Shown here one piece after another: positions 1 to 13,415 of a stretch of 64,000 bases of DNA; position 1 is the first letter of the stretch, and each line of letters begins with the position of its first letter. The notes beneath the pieces are model-generated. The model made no database searches. It worked only from the letters and a program-made list of their open reading frames with translations, and was not told where the DNA came from. Position numbers and translations under genes: made by a program. The stretch is from Octopus sinensis. Its lineage: Eukaryota. The stretch spans positions 71,982,001 to 72,046,000 of the forward strand of contig NC_043008.1 in assembly GCF_006345805.1 (NCBI RefSeq), written 5' to 3'.

Positions 1-1329
1 ATTCCTGCATGTGTGAGTCGTGATTGTATGCTATCAACATGTGTCTGTTTATGTGGCTCTCGGCACCGATGCGTATTATAACTAATTATAATAACAGTTA
101 ATTTATAGTATATTTAAATTACTATAAAAGAAATATAGTTTTTGCATGTATATATAGAGAGCCACAGACATACAAATATATATGAATATATATGTGTAAA
201 TATATATTTATATATATATGTACATATGTGTGTAAATATATATTCATATATATATGTATATATGTGTGTGTATTTATGCGTGTGCGTGTGTATGCACCGA
301 GGGTAGTGGTAGTGATTTAGGTGGTCGTGTTATTGTGCAAATGGCAGTGGTGGTGACGGGAGTCTTTAATAGGAGTTTGGGATTGAGTGAGGCATCCAGA
401 TTACGAGAGCTGTTCACCATTGTTTATCCTACAGCAACATTTTAAATCCATGAATCTGTTTAAATTGGATCTTATTTTTTATTCTATTTCTGACAATAAT
501 ATGAATATTGTAGCCAAATTAATCGATGGAACTTTTAAACAGATAGCCTATTAAACTACTTATGATTTTTTAATTTCATTTTAATCCCTTTCAGCAGTTA
601 TATAATTATTCTGGAAATGACACTATATTCTATATTGCTTCTATACACCTAAATGTCACGAACAAAGTGTAGCAGTTGAGCATCTGGGAGAAGTAATATT
701 TGGCACAATAATATCATGTCCAGTGGGATAATTCTTTCACATCCGTTTCACAGCACGAAATCGGAACCGTGAAACAAATGTTGAGGTACCCACTCTGGCG
801 AGTTGGAGCAATGCAGACATTTATCTTTTCACCGAATTCTTTTGGTGTTACCAGTTTTGATCAGATATAATTTTACATTGCTATATTTTTGGCATATCTT
901 TGAATGAGAGTCATTGAATTGCTATGAAACTTCAATAACTTGAGGCAATTTTAAGTTTAAATCAACAACTCTTCTAATCAATCATTCTTGTGAAGAACGA
1001 CTAAAGAAGAAATGTAGAATAACATTTCAATGAAAAAATAAAATATATAAAATTAGCCAAAAACAAAAAAATAAAACAAAAACAATAGAAAAGTAAGTTT
1101 TAGAGAAATTTAAAATATAGCTACAGGGTTACCAATTCCGTTTTGACATCGGAAAACTCTAACTAACATCTTTTCAAAGTCACCATAATATAATGTGACA
1201 TCAAAAATTTGGTAAAAGTTTCCTTGAAAATGTCAAAGAGTACAAAATTTTTGAAAATCAGACAGATTAATATCTTCTCCAGCCAATCCTACGCAATAGA
1301 TCGCTTCTTAAGACAAACACACAGAGTAT

Positions 1330-1366
1330 TATCATTATTATTATCATTATTATTATTATTATCACC

Positions 1367-1397
<31 letters not shown>

Positions 1398-1473
1398 TAT
1401 TATTATTATATTATTATTATTATTATTATTATTATTATGATTATTATTATTATTATTATTATTGTTATTGTTA

Positions 1474-1506
<33 letters not shown>

Positions 1507-1561
1507 GTAATAACAATAATAATAGTATCAAGAATAAAAAGAAAAGCAGATACAGTATCAA

Positions 1562-1607
<46 letters not shown>

Positions 1608-1830
1608 TGTAACAGTAGAAAAAGTATTAATAGTATTAACAGAAGGAGGAGTGGTGGCGTAGCAGGAGTAGTTGTACGAGGGGCAACAGCTAGTAGTAGC
1701 AGCATATGCAGCAGTTGTAGTACTAGTAACCACAACAGCAGCAAGCGGTTGCAGTAAATGTAGTAGTAGTAGTAGTAGTTGTTGTTGTTTTTTTTTGTTG
1801 TTGCTACAGTTCTTGTTGCTGTTGTTGTTT
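1330..1830. repeat. Compound trinucleotide microsatellite (ATT)n/(AGT)n/(GTT)n
   Basis: Directly visible; it generates the poly-L/Y/I/S ORFs in the track. Confidence 0.95.
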
Positions 1831-2184
1831 AAGTGGTAGTGGTGTAGGTGGTATAGGATTACAAGTCAAAAGATGAAGAAACCAAAGACAAAGAATTGTA
1901 TAAAAGTATGACATTAATGTAAATGTGAAGGCCATGGGACTAATTATTGTTTGTTATTAGAAGTGAAGAAGACGCAGAATGCCAATTTCATATTATGGAT
2001 CGTTGAATGGCGAATGGTTGGCAATATACGATTACGTCATACTAGTTCAAGACGAAATTGTGTTGCCGACATTAAAACTACAAATGAGAAGAAGAAAGAA
2101 AATGAGGTAATTAAGCAAATACAGAAACAAGGCAAACCTTGTCGATGGGTTTGTGTGTATGCATATGTATGAACATATATCTAT

Positions 2185-2221
<37 letters not shown>

Positions 2222-2915
2222 GTGTGTGTGTGTGTGGTGTGTGTGTGTGTGTGTGTATGTGTGTGTGTGTGTGCATTTATGTATGTACGTACGTATGTGT
2301 ATGTATACGTCAAGAGGCTGGTGATTTTGTGTGGTTATTCGATTTATATTTCTAGCTATGTATTTTGCCTTTTTGTTTTTTAAGTGCTCTATTATAAAGT
2401 ATTTAATATATCATAATACATGCATTTACCATTATAATAACTTATTTTTGACACATATACACACACGCACAGACAACGGTCGAAAGTCAACGGTGAACTG
2501 TTCTTATATTTAAACAGCAAAATATTTGCTTTGTTATGGATAAGTGCAATTCTGGGGATAGATAAGTAATGCTTAACCGAGTATAGAGAGAACATAGTGT
2601 TATATGTGTTATATCATTTAGTGTTGCTTGGATATATATATTTTAAAGAAACGGGAAATTCATTGTCTCCTTAAAAAGCAATGAGTTATTAATTATCTAA
2701 ATATCAAAAATATACAAAATAATGCATCATCAAATAATTAAATATTAATGCATTGCTGAGCATGGTTGGGGAGAATTAGGAATGTGAAAACATTACCAAC
2801 ATTAGAGAATATAATTTATACACAGGATAAAGAGAAAACAAACACTCTCACACACACACGCATACACTAGTGTATAAGTGTGCATATATGTATATATATA
2901 TATGTATATGTAAGC

Positions 2916-2983
<68 letters not shown>

Positions 2984-4280
2984 ATACATATATATATGTA
3001 TGTATATGTTGTTAAAGTGATATATATATATCTTTAACGATGAGATCCAGAGATAATCAGTATAAAAATTACTTAGAGTAGCGCTCGAACGATTCAAACT
3101 TACACTCCGATGTTTTTACGAGGGACCGATTCTGCGAGAAAACCAATGTCTATCAGACCGATGAAATCGAGCCGATAAGGAGGCAATTATGGGCATAAGA
3201 ATGTAGGTTTAACAGCTTAGATTTGGTATACAGAATATATAGAAATCAAAGGGTGAAGTCTTTCAGACGATGAATAATTAAATATAGATACTTGTATTAA
3301 TAAATCAAACTTACACAGGGTGTAGAAGACACGGACATTACAAGGGAGGAAATAAGGTGTCATGATGGATCTCCGAGTCCCCAGAAAGAGCTTTTAGACT
3401 TGTACCAACTTCCTCCCTCGCTTTAACTGTTTCAAGCGTTTGTACTCTTTGTAGGTTTTGATCTATTAATATAAATATTTATATATTATTCTTAAATATT
3501 CATCGTCTGCAAGTCTTCAGTTTTGATTTCTGCCATTTTGCATGTGTACATATTGTGTATGTCGAACTCAAATTGTTATATTTAATTTGTTTAACCGCAT
3601 AATTGCCTGTATTTATATACATATATGTTTATGTGTGTGTGTGTGCGTGTGCGCGCGCGTGTGTGGGTAGATAGATTGATAGATCGATATATATATATAT
3701 ATATATATAGGTTTACACACACACACACACGATTTATATACAATAAACAGCTAACACAAATATATATATATATATATCAAGCAAAAATTGTGAGAACAAA
3801 CTCTCGTTTTATGATTCAGATTTCATTTAAATATAAAAATATCTGACATTACTTGCCAAAAATTTGCAGCGAGAATTGTTAAAAGATACAGTGAAAGTTA
3901 CATTATGCAAATGCAAAATACATTTGGCATAATGACACAAATTTAATTGAAATTTGCGATAAAGAATACTAAAGCATGAAGATCGATCTTAAAATAAATA
4001 TGAAATTCCAGCACTTACCGATTTTCAGAAAGGTAGATCATATATCCGCATAGCAAATCATCTCTTTGGTAGCAGCGATCTCGAAACCAATTATCGTTAG
4101 AATCTTGTTTTTAGATGAAAACTTCCAGCTGACCTTAAATAGTCATGTATTCGTCAATCATTATATTCTCGTCTGAATATCGTTAGCGTAAGTCTTGAAG
4201 TAGCAGTTGTTACACACAATGTGTAAGAGATTTCCCTTTTAGAAATGATACATAATAATTTCATTTTAAATAATGATACA

Positions 4281-4466
4281 AGGCCAGTAATTACGGGGAA
4301 GGTGATAAGTCGATTACATGGACTCCAGTGTTCAACTGGTACTTATTTTATCGATCTCAAAACGATTAAATGTAAAGTGGAATTTGAACTCGAAACGTAA
4401 AGACGGACGAAATGCCGCTAATTATTTTGCGCGGGGTACTAATGATTCTGCCAGTTCGCCGCCTTC
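4281..4466 (-). mobile_element. SINE family A copy
   Basis: Reverse complement of GGCGG.GAGCTGGCAGAATC.TTAG..GAGTTCAAATTCC..ATAAAATAAGTACCAG..GGGGTCGAT.TAATCGACT body. Confidence 0.8.
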
Positions 4467-5058
4467 AATATGAAATAATTTGATACCTTAATATTTTTGC
4501 ATACATTTAAGAAACTAAGATCAAGATGTGACACTTTCTAGGTCGATTCACTTTTCATTCTTCTAATGTTGTTTTCCATGCATTTTTTTTTGTTACTTAC
4601 TGCCTCCTATAATTTTAGTTTTCAGTGCTCCCATTATATATATTAACACTTACCCACTACATCTTTCTGAAAAAAAATTCTATTTATTTCTGTCAAGGTC
4701 CCTTGAAGTACATACTAGTTGATTTTGAGTATATGGTACTTTTTGTCATATGATATATTATAGTAATCTCTCTATAACAAGAAACAGTCAAATACTGTAC
4801 TCTGCTATATGGATGTAAGTTATATTACCGTTAATCATTCGCCAGAACTTATCTATTAGTAACAACAGCATCGCTTTCGGTACGATAGAGACTCACGTAA
4901 TGGGTCCCACCAATCACAAATTAATCCAGCCAGTGTTTTACAAACAGTGTATACCTAGCAAGACGTTGTTTGAAAGGAGTCTTACAGGAGAAAATAGTGA
5001 ATTCAGTCTGGATGAATCATAATGAATTCTCTGCGATTTCCAAATTCATATTCATGTG

Positions 5059-5098
<40 letters not shown>

Positions 5099-5216
5099 TT
5101 TGAATTTATACGCACGCGCGCACGCACACACACATACACACACACACACACACAGACACACATATATATATATAATTAACAGAATGCGATAAAAATCCAA
5201 GGCAGTGAAAAATTTA

Positions 5217-5665
5217 AGAGCATTTATAAATAGGTCTTACCACTGTTTCCGGGATATTTTATATACCCTTCATCGGAGACGGTGTGAGAGAGTGGTTAAG
5301 CAATAGTTATTCTAGATAAGATATGAAATAGAGAGTGAAGTGGAGGAATGAAAATAGACGTGAGATATGCAGGGAGAATGTATCTGCAGTTCGATTATTT
5401 AGGCAGAATGGTATACATAAAAGATTCCTGTACCAGGAATCTTGTCTGTACAGGAATCTTATATGTATACAATTCTGCCTAAATAATGGAACTGCAGATG
5501 CAGTCTCCCTGCATATGTCACGTCTATTTTCATTCCCCCATTTCATTCTCTATTTCATATCTTATCAAGAAAAACTATTGCTTAACCATTTTCCAATACC
5601 GTCTCCGATGAAGGGATATATAAAGCATCCCGGAAACACTTGTAAGACCTATTTATAAATGTTCT
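5217..5665. repeat. ~450-bp fold-back (palindromic) element with hammerhead-like motifs at both outer ends
   Basis: Arms of ~215 bp pair over their length (AGAGCATTTATAAATAGGTC.. / ..GACCTATTTATAAATGTTCT) around a ~14-nt spacer at about 5434-5447. The ORF track shows near-identical peptides on both strands. Confidence 0.92.
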
Positions 5666-5904
5666 GAGATCTTTCTGGTAATTTTTCATATATAAGCATG
5701 CTGATATTTGAGCTACGTTGAACTCCTCATTATCCTAATCACTGAAGCTGGAGCTTAACTATAGTCTGTCCATAGCCCTTACTCAGCATTACCTGACACC
5801 TTTGGATCTACTTGACACCATTACCAATCATAAACTATATATATATGCATAGAGATAGAGAGAGACGGGGGGAGAGAGAGAGAGAGAGAGCGAAAAAGAG
5901 ATAA

Positions 5905-6262
5905 GGTGCGTGGCATCTTGAGCAAGTGACTTCAACTATAGTCTCGGGCCGACCAAAGCCCTGTGAGTGGATTTGTTAGACGGAAACTGAAAGAAGACCG
6001 TCGTATATATTTATGTGTGCGCGTGTGTGTGTGCACGTGTGTGTGTATGTATATATGTTTGTGTGTCTGTGTTTGTCGCCCTCACCATCGCTTTACAACC
6101 AATGCTGGTGTGTTTACATCCCCCATTTTTCACCGGTTCGGCAAAATAAACCGATAGAGTAAGTACTAGACTAACAAAGAATACGTCCTGGGGTTGATTT
6201 GTTCGACTAAAGGCAGTGCTCCATCATGGCCGCAATCAAATGACTGGAAAACGTAACAGAAT
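5905..6262 (+). mobile_element. SINE family B copy (CORE-like, internal TA/TG microsatellite; 5'-truncated)
   Basis: CTTGAGCAAGTG..CTATAG..GGGCCGACCAAAGCC.TGTGAGTGGATTTG.TAGACGGAAACTGAAAGAAG, then a microsatellite and the 3' CATGGCCGCA.TCAAATGACTG. Confidence 0.85.
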
Positions 6263-8120
6263 ACACACACACGCATACACATACATATATTAAAAGAAAA
6301 TGGTATTTAATGTAATGTCTTGCATGTCGCTGGCCTCTCTAGCTACAATGGAATTGGTGGGAGAATATTGTAAATGGCTTTACTGAAGATAAGAATACAG
6401 AAAACATTTTCCTACAACACTTAATCAAAAGAGATTTGAATATTCATAAGACTTCCATCCAATTCCAGTTATAATCTCGCTGACAAATGTTGTCCACTTA
6501 GAATATTTCATATTTGGGTTATTATTATTCATTTTATCTTCCTCTTATCACAGAAGCTAAAAATGACAAAATTATAAAGCCAATAAATGCCAGATGGTGA
6601 ATATATTTCATCAAAATAATATTTCTGTTGTTTTTTTTTAAAGAAAATATGTTCTTAATATTATCTACAGTATTCTAACCTTAAGGAATATTAGGTTGAA
6701 ATATTTATATATCCACTTATATAGAGAGAAATATATATAGATATAGAGATATCTGTATACACAAACACACTAACAGCATACATAGAGAAACCTTGTAGGA
6801 GGTGATGTGGTGCTTGATGCAATTAGAATTTCTTAAGTAGAAGTTTGTCTCTCAAGGGTGGAATCAAAACATATACCTGTCAAATAGCATCTCTCAGAGA
6901 ATCGGGACGATAATTTTAGCTATATCAACTAATAATTCCACAGAACACTAAATTTTCAGACATACGATAGAATTATGAATTTCGGGCACAAAAAGCCTGG
7001 TATATACAGGTATGTTTCGGCACGAAACTCTTTATCTAAAACTACTCTAAAATCATCCTGCACAAGGAAAACATTATTTTTTCCAAATTTTTCACGAACT
7101 AGATTAAAACTGAATCATATCTGTAACAATCACCTTGGACATTTGTAAAAATTACTTCGATTTCGAAAAGGGGATTCTGTAGGAATTTTTAATCTTTATC
7201 TTTTTCAAATAAACGGCAAATTTTAAGTCACTAATTATTTTCTACGCCATGTAGTAAACCACAATTATGAGGATATATCAGACTTTCTCTACTTCCCTTT
7301 AAATACTTATTCTAATTATATATAAAACATTTTCCCAATTTATACACACATGTATATACATACTCAAACACACACATACACTCAAGCACACATACACCGT
7401 ACATAAATTGCCAACAAATATTTGCCGTATAAACCCGAAACATATTATCCAACTCCTTCATCCATGGCAGAAAGATCTGGTGTACAAAGACGGGTAGGAA
7501 AATTATCTTTGTCGAGCAGATAAAGAAATAAAAACTGCAGATAAATTAAAGTAGGCGTATAGGATAAGTCGACACGGGACGGATGAACCTAGTGTAGGTT
7601 CAAAGATTATATTGCTGTTGCATGTGCTGTCAGAAATTCCGGGTTGCTGTCTGGCGTGCTGGAAGACCACTGGCAGTGAGAATCCACTCAGGTTTTCTTA
7701 AAGCAAGTCTCTCGGAGTGGGCCACTTTGATATGAGACTGGATATGCAGGGAATTGAATTGAAAATTTTGGAAATCTGTTTGGACATATGTGACCATGGG
7801 TCTCCTATATATTTCAGACAGTGATCCATATTTTCACTGGATATCATGCCTTGGCTTGTCTCTGGGTCATGTAAGGATGGAGAGGATCTGTAAAGTGGTG
7901 TGTAAACCGTATTGGACCTACATTTCAAGACTGAGCAATTGCCAGCGAGGTGACTTCCAGATGCCCAGCTGAGTAGGATAGCACCACACGACGAGTATGG
8001 AAACCGCGGACGCGAACCAGAGTAAACCCAACTGTGGGGGCAACAATATCACGACGGGCATTGGTGGTACTTTCCGTAGGCAATGGTCACGCGTGGACAG
8101 TCACCATACACACATATGTG

Positions 8121-8151
<31 letters not shown>

Positions 8152-8168
8152 TTATATATATATATATT

Positions 8169-8201
<33 letters not shown>

Positions 8202-9208
8202 ATATATACATATACATATGTATATATAGACATACATACATGCATACATACATACAAACATACATACTTATGTATCTATGTGTGCGTCTCTTTTTATGGC
8301 ATCCTTATCTATATCTATATGTGAATATGTAAATATTTTCCATACAATGTCTTGAGGAAAACTGGTTAAGATAACAAAAAGATTAACCCAAAAAATCAGA
8401 ATTATTTATATTGATGAAATGTGAAAAAGAAGTATTTGTTGTTATTGTTTTTAATTAATTTTACTTTCCGTTTTATATTTATTTATTATTTATGTCACTA
8501 TTCTTTCTTGGAAAAAAAAAACAAAGAGCAACATACAAAGATAAAATAAATAAGCGAACGTCGGAATATGAAATGTAACTTAGCAATATTTCTCAGCGAG
8601 TTTATAACTGTAGCTGGATGGAATTCTTATGAATATTCAAAGCTTTTTGATTAAATGTTGTAAGCAAATGTTTTTCAGTTTTCTTATCTTTGGTAATACC
8701 ATTTACAATATTTTCCTGCTATTCAGTTGTAACATGAGTGGCTTACGACATTCAATACGCTTTGATCGATACAAGTTTCTGTTAATATATTATAATATAT
8801 ACGGACATACACAAACATATACCTGAATACATATAATGAAACGTACATAAATACCAACATATGCATATGTATATTTATGTAAATACATATCTATATATTG
8901 CAACAGTGTTACAGATGGACACAAGCTAGCTTTTGACTGGCGATAACACGTCCTTTTAATATAAATAGATTCTCAAAAGAATTTAGATTTACCTATGCTA
9001 TAACAAAAAGTAAGATGTGATCAGAGGAACACCGTTCAAAAATTTCAGTTACAGGCTCGGTATTTAAAGTCGTTATCTTTGAACACGTATTATAATCGCA
9101 TATTTATCGCATCCAATTTTGACACAAAATCAAGCCCCAGGTTTTTCAATAGTTTCACTAAAACTGGTATTACTCAGTTTAATGAAAACAGTATTAAGCA
9201 GTATCTAG

Positions 9209-9209
<1 letters not shown>

Positions 9210-9239
<30 letters not shown>

Positions 9240-9296
9240 CTTCTTCTTCTTCTTCTTCTTCTTCTTCTTCTTCTTCTTCTTCTTCTTCTTCTTCTT

Positions 9297-9327
<31 letters not shown>

Positions 9328-9437
9328 TAATTATAATTATTATTATTATTATTAATATTATTATTATTATTATCATTATTATTATTATTATCATTATTAT
9401 TATTATTATTATTAGCATCATCATCATTATCATCATT
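9210..9437. repeat. Perfect (CTT)39 followed by (ATT/ATC)n
   Basis: 9210-9326 is uninterrupted CTT (117 nt); an ATT/ATC tract follows. Confidence 0.97.
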
Positions 9438-9799
9438 CACTGCAGAGTACATACGATTTGTTTTCAAACGCTCCAGATTGCTTCAGTTTCAAACATTTAC
9501 TTCCACCAGTTTGGTGATATATGTCATTATTCATTTCGTTTTACATTCTCAATAGAAACACCGAGAACTTCTCACTGGTTTTCTATATTTGTTTGACCTG
9601 CCAAAACAGTTCGGTGGGCGTTTAATCTAATTACAACTCAACACGATGGTGGAACACATCTTGAAAGAGTTGAAGAAAAAGAAAACTGCCCAAGAACAAA
9701 TACCCCAATTGGTTAATTACCCCCTCTCTAACAAATTAAGAAGATTTATATCATCATCTAAAAGTTCATATTATACGCGATTCCTGACAAATATTCTTT

Positions 9800-9996
9800 T
9801 CTACTCTAGGCACAAGGCTAGAAATTTGGGGGGAGGGCTAGTCGATTAGATCGACTTCAGTACGACTCTGGTAATTAATTTATCGACCTCGAAAGGATGA
9901 AAGGCAAAGTCGACCTTGTAACACAAAATAAAGACAGACGAAATACCGCTTAGCATTTCGCCCGGCGTGCTAACGATTCTGCCAGCTCACCGCCTT
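9800..9996 (-). mobile_element. SINE family A copy
   Basis: Same body as other family A copies, with CCTTGTGCCTAGAGTAG tail. Confidence 0.85.
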
Positions 9997-10064
9997 ATCC
10001 CCCACAAATATTGTATCACATTTATGTTTTCATAATTGCTAACTATAGCGTTAATTCTTCTTTC

Positions 10065-10720
10065 TAGATGGCTATTTAGCAAAACCCGTCAAGGATTGAC
10101 TCATAAGTACGTGTTGTAATGCTTGCTCTCTTATGATATATTTTAAAAACTTCCAAGTGTTTCTGTGGCAACAACCAGCATTTGATAAAAGAAAATTCCT
10201 GTGCCACCCTTCCAAAACATTGTTTGTTCTTGGAAGTTCACATGACCTTCTGTTGTACATATTCCATAGATCCATTACAAGCACTGATTCTCGCCGTCTT
10301 CCTCTTCAACATGGTCTTGAGGATGCATACTTAGGTATGCATCCTCAAAACAATCTTACAAGGGATATGTTTCTGGTGGGAGTATTTCATATATGGTTTC
10401 AAAATATTTTTCAACACCACAAGTAGGAACAAGAGCTTAAAACAGCTATCATTCTCATACAGATTGAAAGCTCTTTATCCTCTTGGCTGAAGTAAAAAAA
10501 AAAGCAACCGTTTATCTCGGCTTGTGGAAATACCAAATGTAACCTATAAATCACTACCTTTTCAAAATCTACCATGATAGATTTAGGTGCTAAATCTTGT
10601 TTCAATGATTTTAGCTGCTCCAGAAAATTTGTGTAAATAGTTTGGCTTTTATCAGGTAACAGAGCGTGAATCAATGGCACTGAACGTTCATGCAGCAGTG
10701 CGTGAATTGTGCATAATTGT
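10065..10720 (-). pseudogene. Mutator-like (MULE) transposase fragment
   Basis: PLIHALLPDKS, IMVDFE, FPQAEINGCFF, PRTNNVLEGWH and WKFL..I.REQ are typical MULE DDE-domain segments. Confidence 0.85.
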
Positions 10721-11092
10721 GAAAAAATCTGGGGAAGTGACTTGAATATGGACGTGTGTGTAATTTCAAAATACTTCCTTTACAACTATGCGATGTATTG
10801 TTATTGTTATGATTTTATCTTACTACAATCAATAACAAACACATTTTGTCAATATTAAAGTTTTTTTAAGATTAAAGATAACATTATCAAAACATAAATG
10901 TAAAACAAAACAAATATGATTTGTCTTCTTCTGGGCACCAATGTACTGGAGCAGTATACACACAAATTATTTTCTTCCTGAAACTTACAAAAAATACACA
11001 CATTAGGCGCACATGTCTCTAAGTCGCACAGTAAATTTCCCAGGAAAAAAAATAACGGAAAATACGGTACATATCAGAGGTTAACACCTTAA

Positions 11093-11240
11093 GGGTAATT
11101 GTCCTAGCGGGTAATTGTTTTAGTGGGTTGTTGTCTTTAGGACTAATTGTTATTGGGGGTGGAGGAGTTATTGTATATGGGGGGAGGGCTATTGCCCATG
11201 GGAAGTTATTGTCCATGAGGGTGGTAAATGTCCGAGACTG
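11093..11240. repeat. Degenerate ~17-bp tandem motif (GGGTAATTGTCCTAG-like), probable MULE subterminal repeat
   Basis: About 8 diverged copies of G-rich..ATTGTCC, ~400 bp upstream of the MULE fragment. Confidence 0.55.
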
Positions 11241-11249
11241 GATCTGGTG

Positions 11250-11552
11250 ACTTCTGAAGCTTCTCCCCTTCTCTCCGTTACTGACAACAATACAGAAGGG
11301 GAGGGGACAAGTGAGAGTGGAAAAGTACAAAGTCCACCTCGTAGTAACAGCAGTGGAAACATCAACAACAGCAGTGGTATCAATGACAGCAACAGTAGTA
11401 GTAGTGGTGGCAATAACAACAGCGCAAAAGACAGCTAGAGCGATGACAACAAAAAGAATAGCAAATGTGTCAACAATAAAAACATTAACAACTACAACAA
11501 AATCAACACCAGTGACAATGACAACAACAACGGCATCATCATCATCAGCAGC

Positions 11553-11610
<58 letters not shown>

Positions 11611-11950
11611 CAACAAGCAGAACATTACCCGTATTACTAACATTACCAACAACGAGAACACCATCGCTGCAGCACAAGCAAAAAAATAGAGCCATACTTC
11701 AGCACGAACCTCACAAATAACGATGAAAAGTTGGCCAACGCCTGGACGTTCATCAAGCAAGAGCAAACCTGAGTCCACTTAAGTGTCCCGACGGAAACCA
11801 TCGAAACAGTGGAGCGAACAACGGTGTATTTCAGAATCATCTCAGCAGGGGCAAAATAATAGGCTTTAATTGCCAAAGCAGATATGAAATTGTTCTGAGA
11901 TGCATAGGAGAGGATACCGAGTAAATAGCGAGGGGCAGACAACACGTCCA
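11250..11950 (+). other. GC-richer decayed coding-like segment, possibly a LINE ORF1 remnant
   Basis: S/N-rich low-complexity start, then a stop-interrupted frame (NLTNNDEKLANAWTFIKQEQ..TVYFRIISAGAK). No diagnostic motif. Confidence 0.25.
11500..11615. repeat. (CAA)n microsatellite in an N/T-rich low-complexity tract
   Basis: About 20 CAA units at 11552-11610. Confidence 0.9.
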
Positions 11951-13377
11951 AAGTCTGCCGTGTGAATAATATTCTTAAGGTCAACATTAACTCACTCATG
12001 ACGAATTCTGGGCTTCGATTCAACTCAGTTTTTTAACCAAATGAGATTACGTGCACATTTTTCGTTTAGTCACATAATACGCTATATTTTCAGCTACAAA
12101 ATAACGCCTGAAATCGAATTTTTAATAAATCTATATTTTATTTTAGCTTATATGATAGATCTCGATGAGAGGAATCTGTCCATGTTAGTTAAATGCAAAA
12201 ATATTTAGTAGAAAGAAACCTACTGAGGTAAAAACCAACGAAAGAAAGGAGATTAATGCCTGAAATCGACTTTGACTCCAAATATTATACTTCTTTCAAG
12301 AGAAAACTGTATTTCAATTTAACTTTTCTGATGGATCTCGACTATATGAACCCCATGATGCTAATTATATATATATAAAAATTTAAAAAAAAAAAACTAC
12401 TGAGGCCAAACGTGCTGAAAAGAGTGGTAACGCCTGAAACCAAATTCAAAACTTAGACATTTTCTTTTTGAGTAAATGTTTTTGTTCTTGTTTATCTCAT
12501 ATGATAGAACTCATCAAAACGAGTGTCATGGTGCTAATCTCTTCAAAAGGTATTCAAAATGAAAAATGTTATTATATAAGTTAATATTGCCAAAAGTATG
12601 GAAAACAATTTTCAAGTAATATTATTACATATTACAGTACTAAGACGATGGGCTGACAGAGTGCTTAATAAACAGGGTGAAAGTTTCGTTGCATTTCGTC
12701 TGACTCTACATTCTGAGTTCAACTTCCGCCAAGGCCATCTTTACCGCTTATCTTTTCGGTACTCCACAAAACGAGTGTCAACTGAGCTCTGAGTTCGAAG
12801 TAATCAATTTCCATTCTCTCCAGTTTTCGTGGCCTTCTGCCAAATTTGGAAACCAATATTGCAATGTGTCTGAATTGAATTCAGTATTTAGGTATCTTGC
12901 ATAGAATACGCTATATTGTAATAAATATATATTGTAAGAATTATCATTTACACATAGTAGTGTGTGAATAATATTCTTAAATTCAGCATTTACTCACTCG
13001 CGACCATATCGAGGCTTTATCACTAATCCATTTTGTTAGCTAATTTGATGATGGTCATGCATTTTCAGATTGGTCACCTCCTAAGTTACAAAATTCGAAA
13101 TTTGGTTCAGTAGAAAAAAAAGTTAACACCTGAAATCGACTTCAGGGATATGCACGCGACGCTGCATACACACTTTCGTAAGCACGCACACACAAACACA
13201 CACACATAAACACACAATGCAGCTCATACACACGCGTACACATTTTGTAACTTTTAAAACACACATGAAGGGAAGCAAAGATGAGTGTGACAAATACGTT
13301 GTTTTAAGGAGATAAGCGGTAACTTGAAAATAATTGATGACAGGTGGATTCTTTTCTGCTGTCCAGCATAAATAAAA

Positions 13378-13415
<38 letters not shown>

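Noticed and set aside
1209-1757. 182-aa ORF and the many poly-I/L/Y/C/V/T/H ORFs across the window
   Set aside because: They are translations of di- and tri-nucleotide microsatellites, which lack stops in some frames.
5307-5658. Similar ORFs on both strands
   Set aside because: They are a consequence of the palindrome, not genes.
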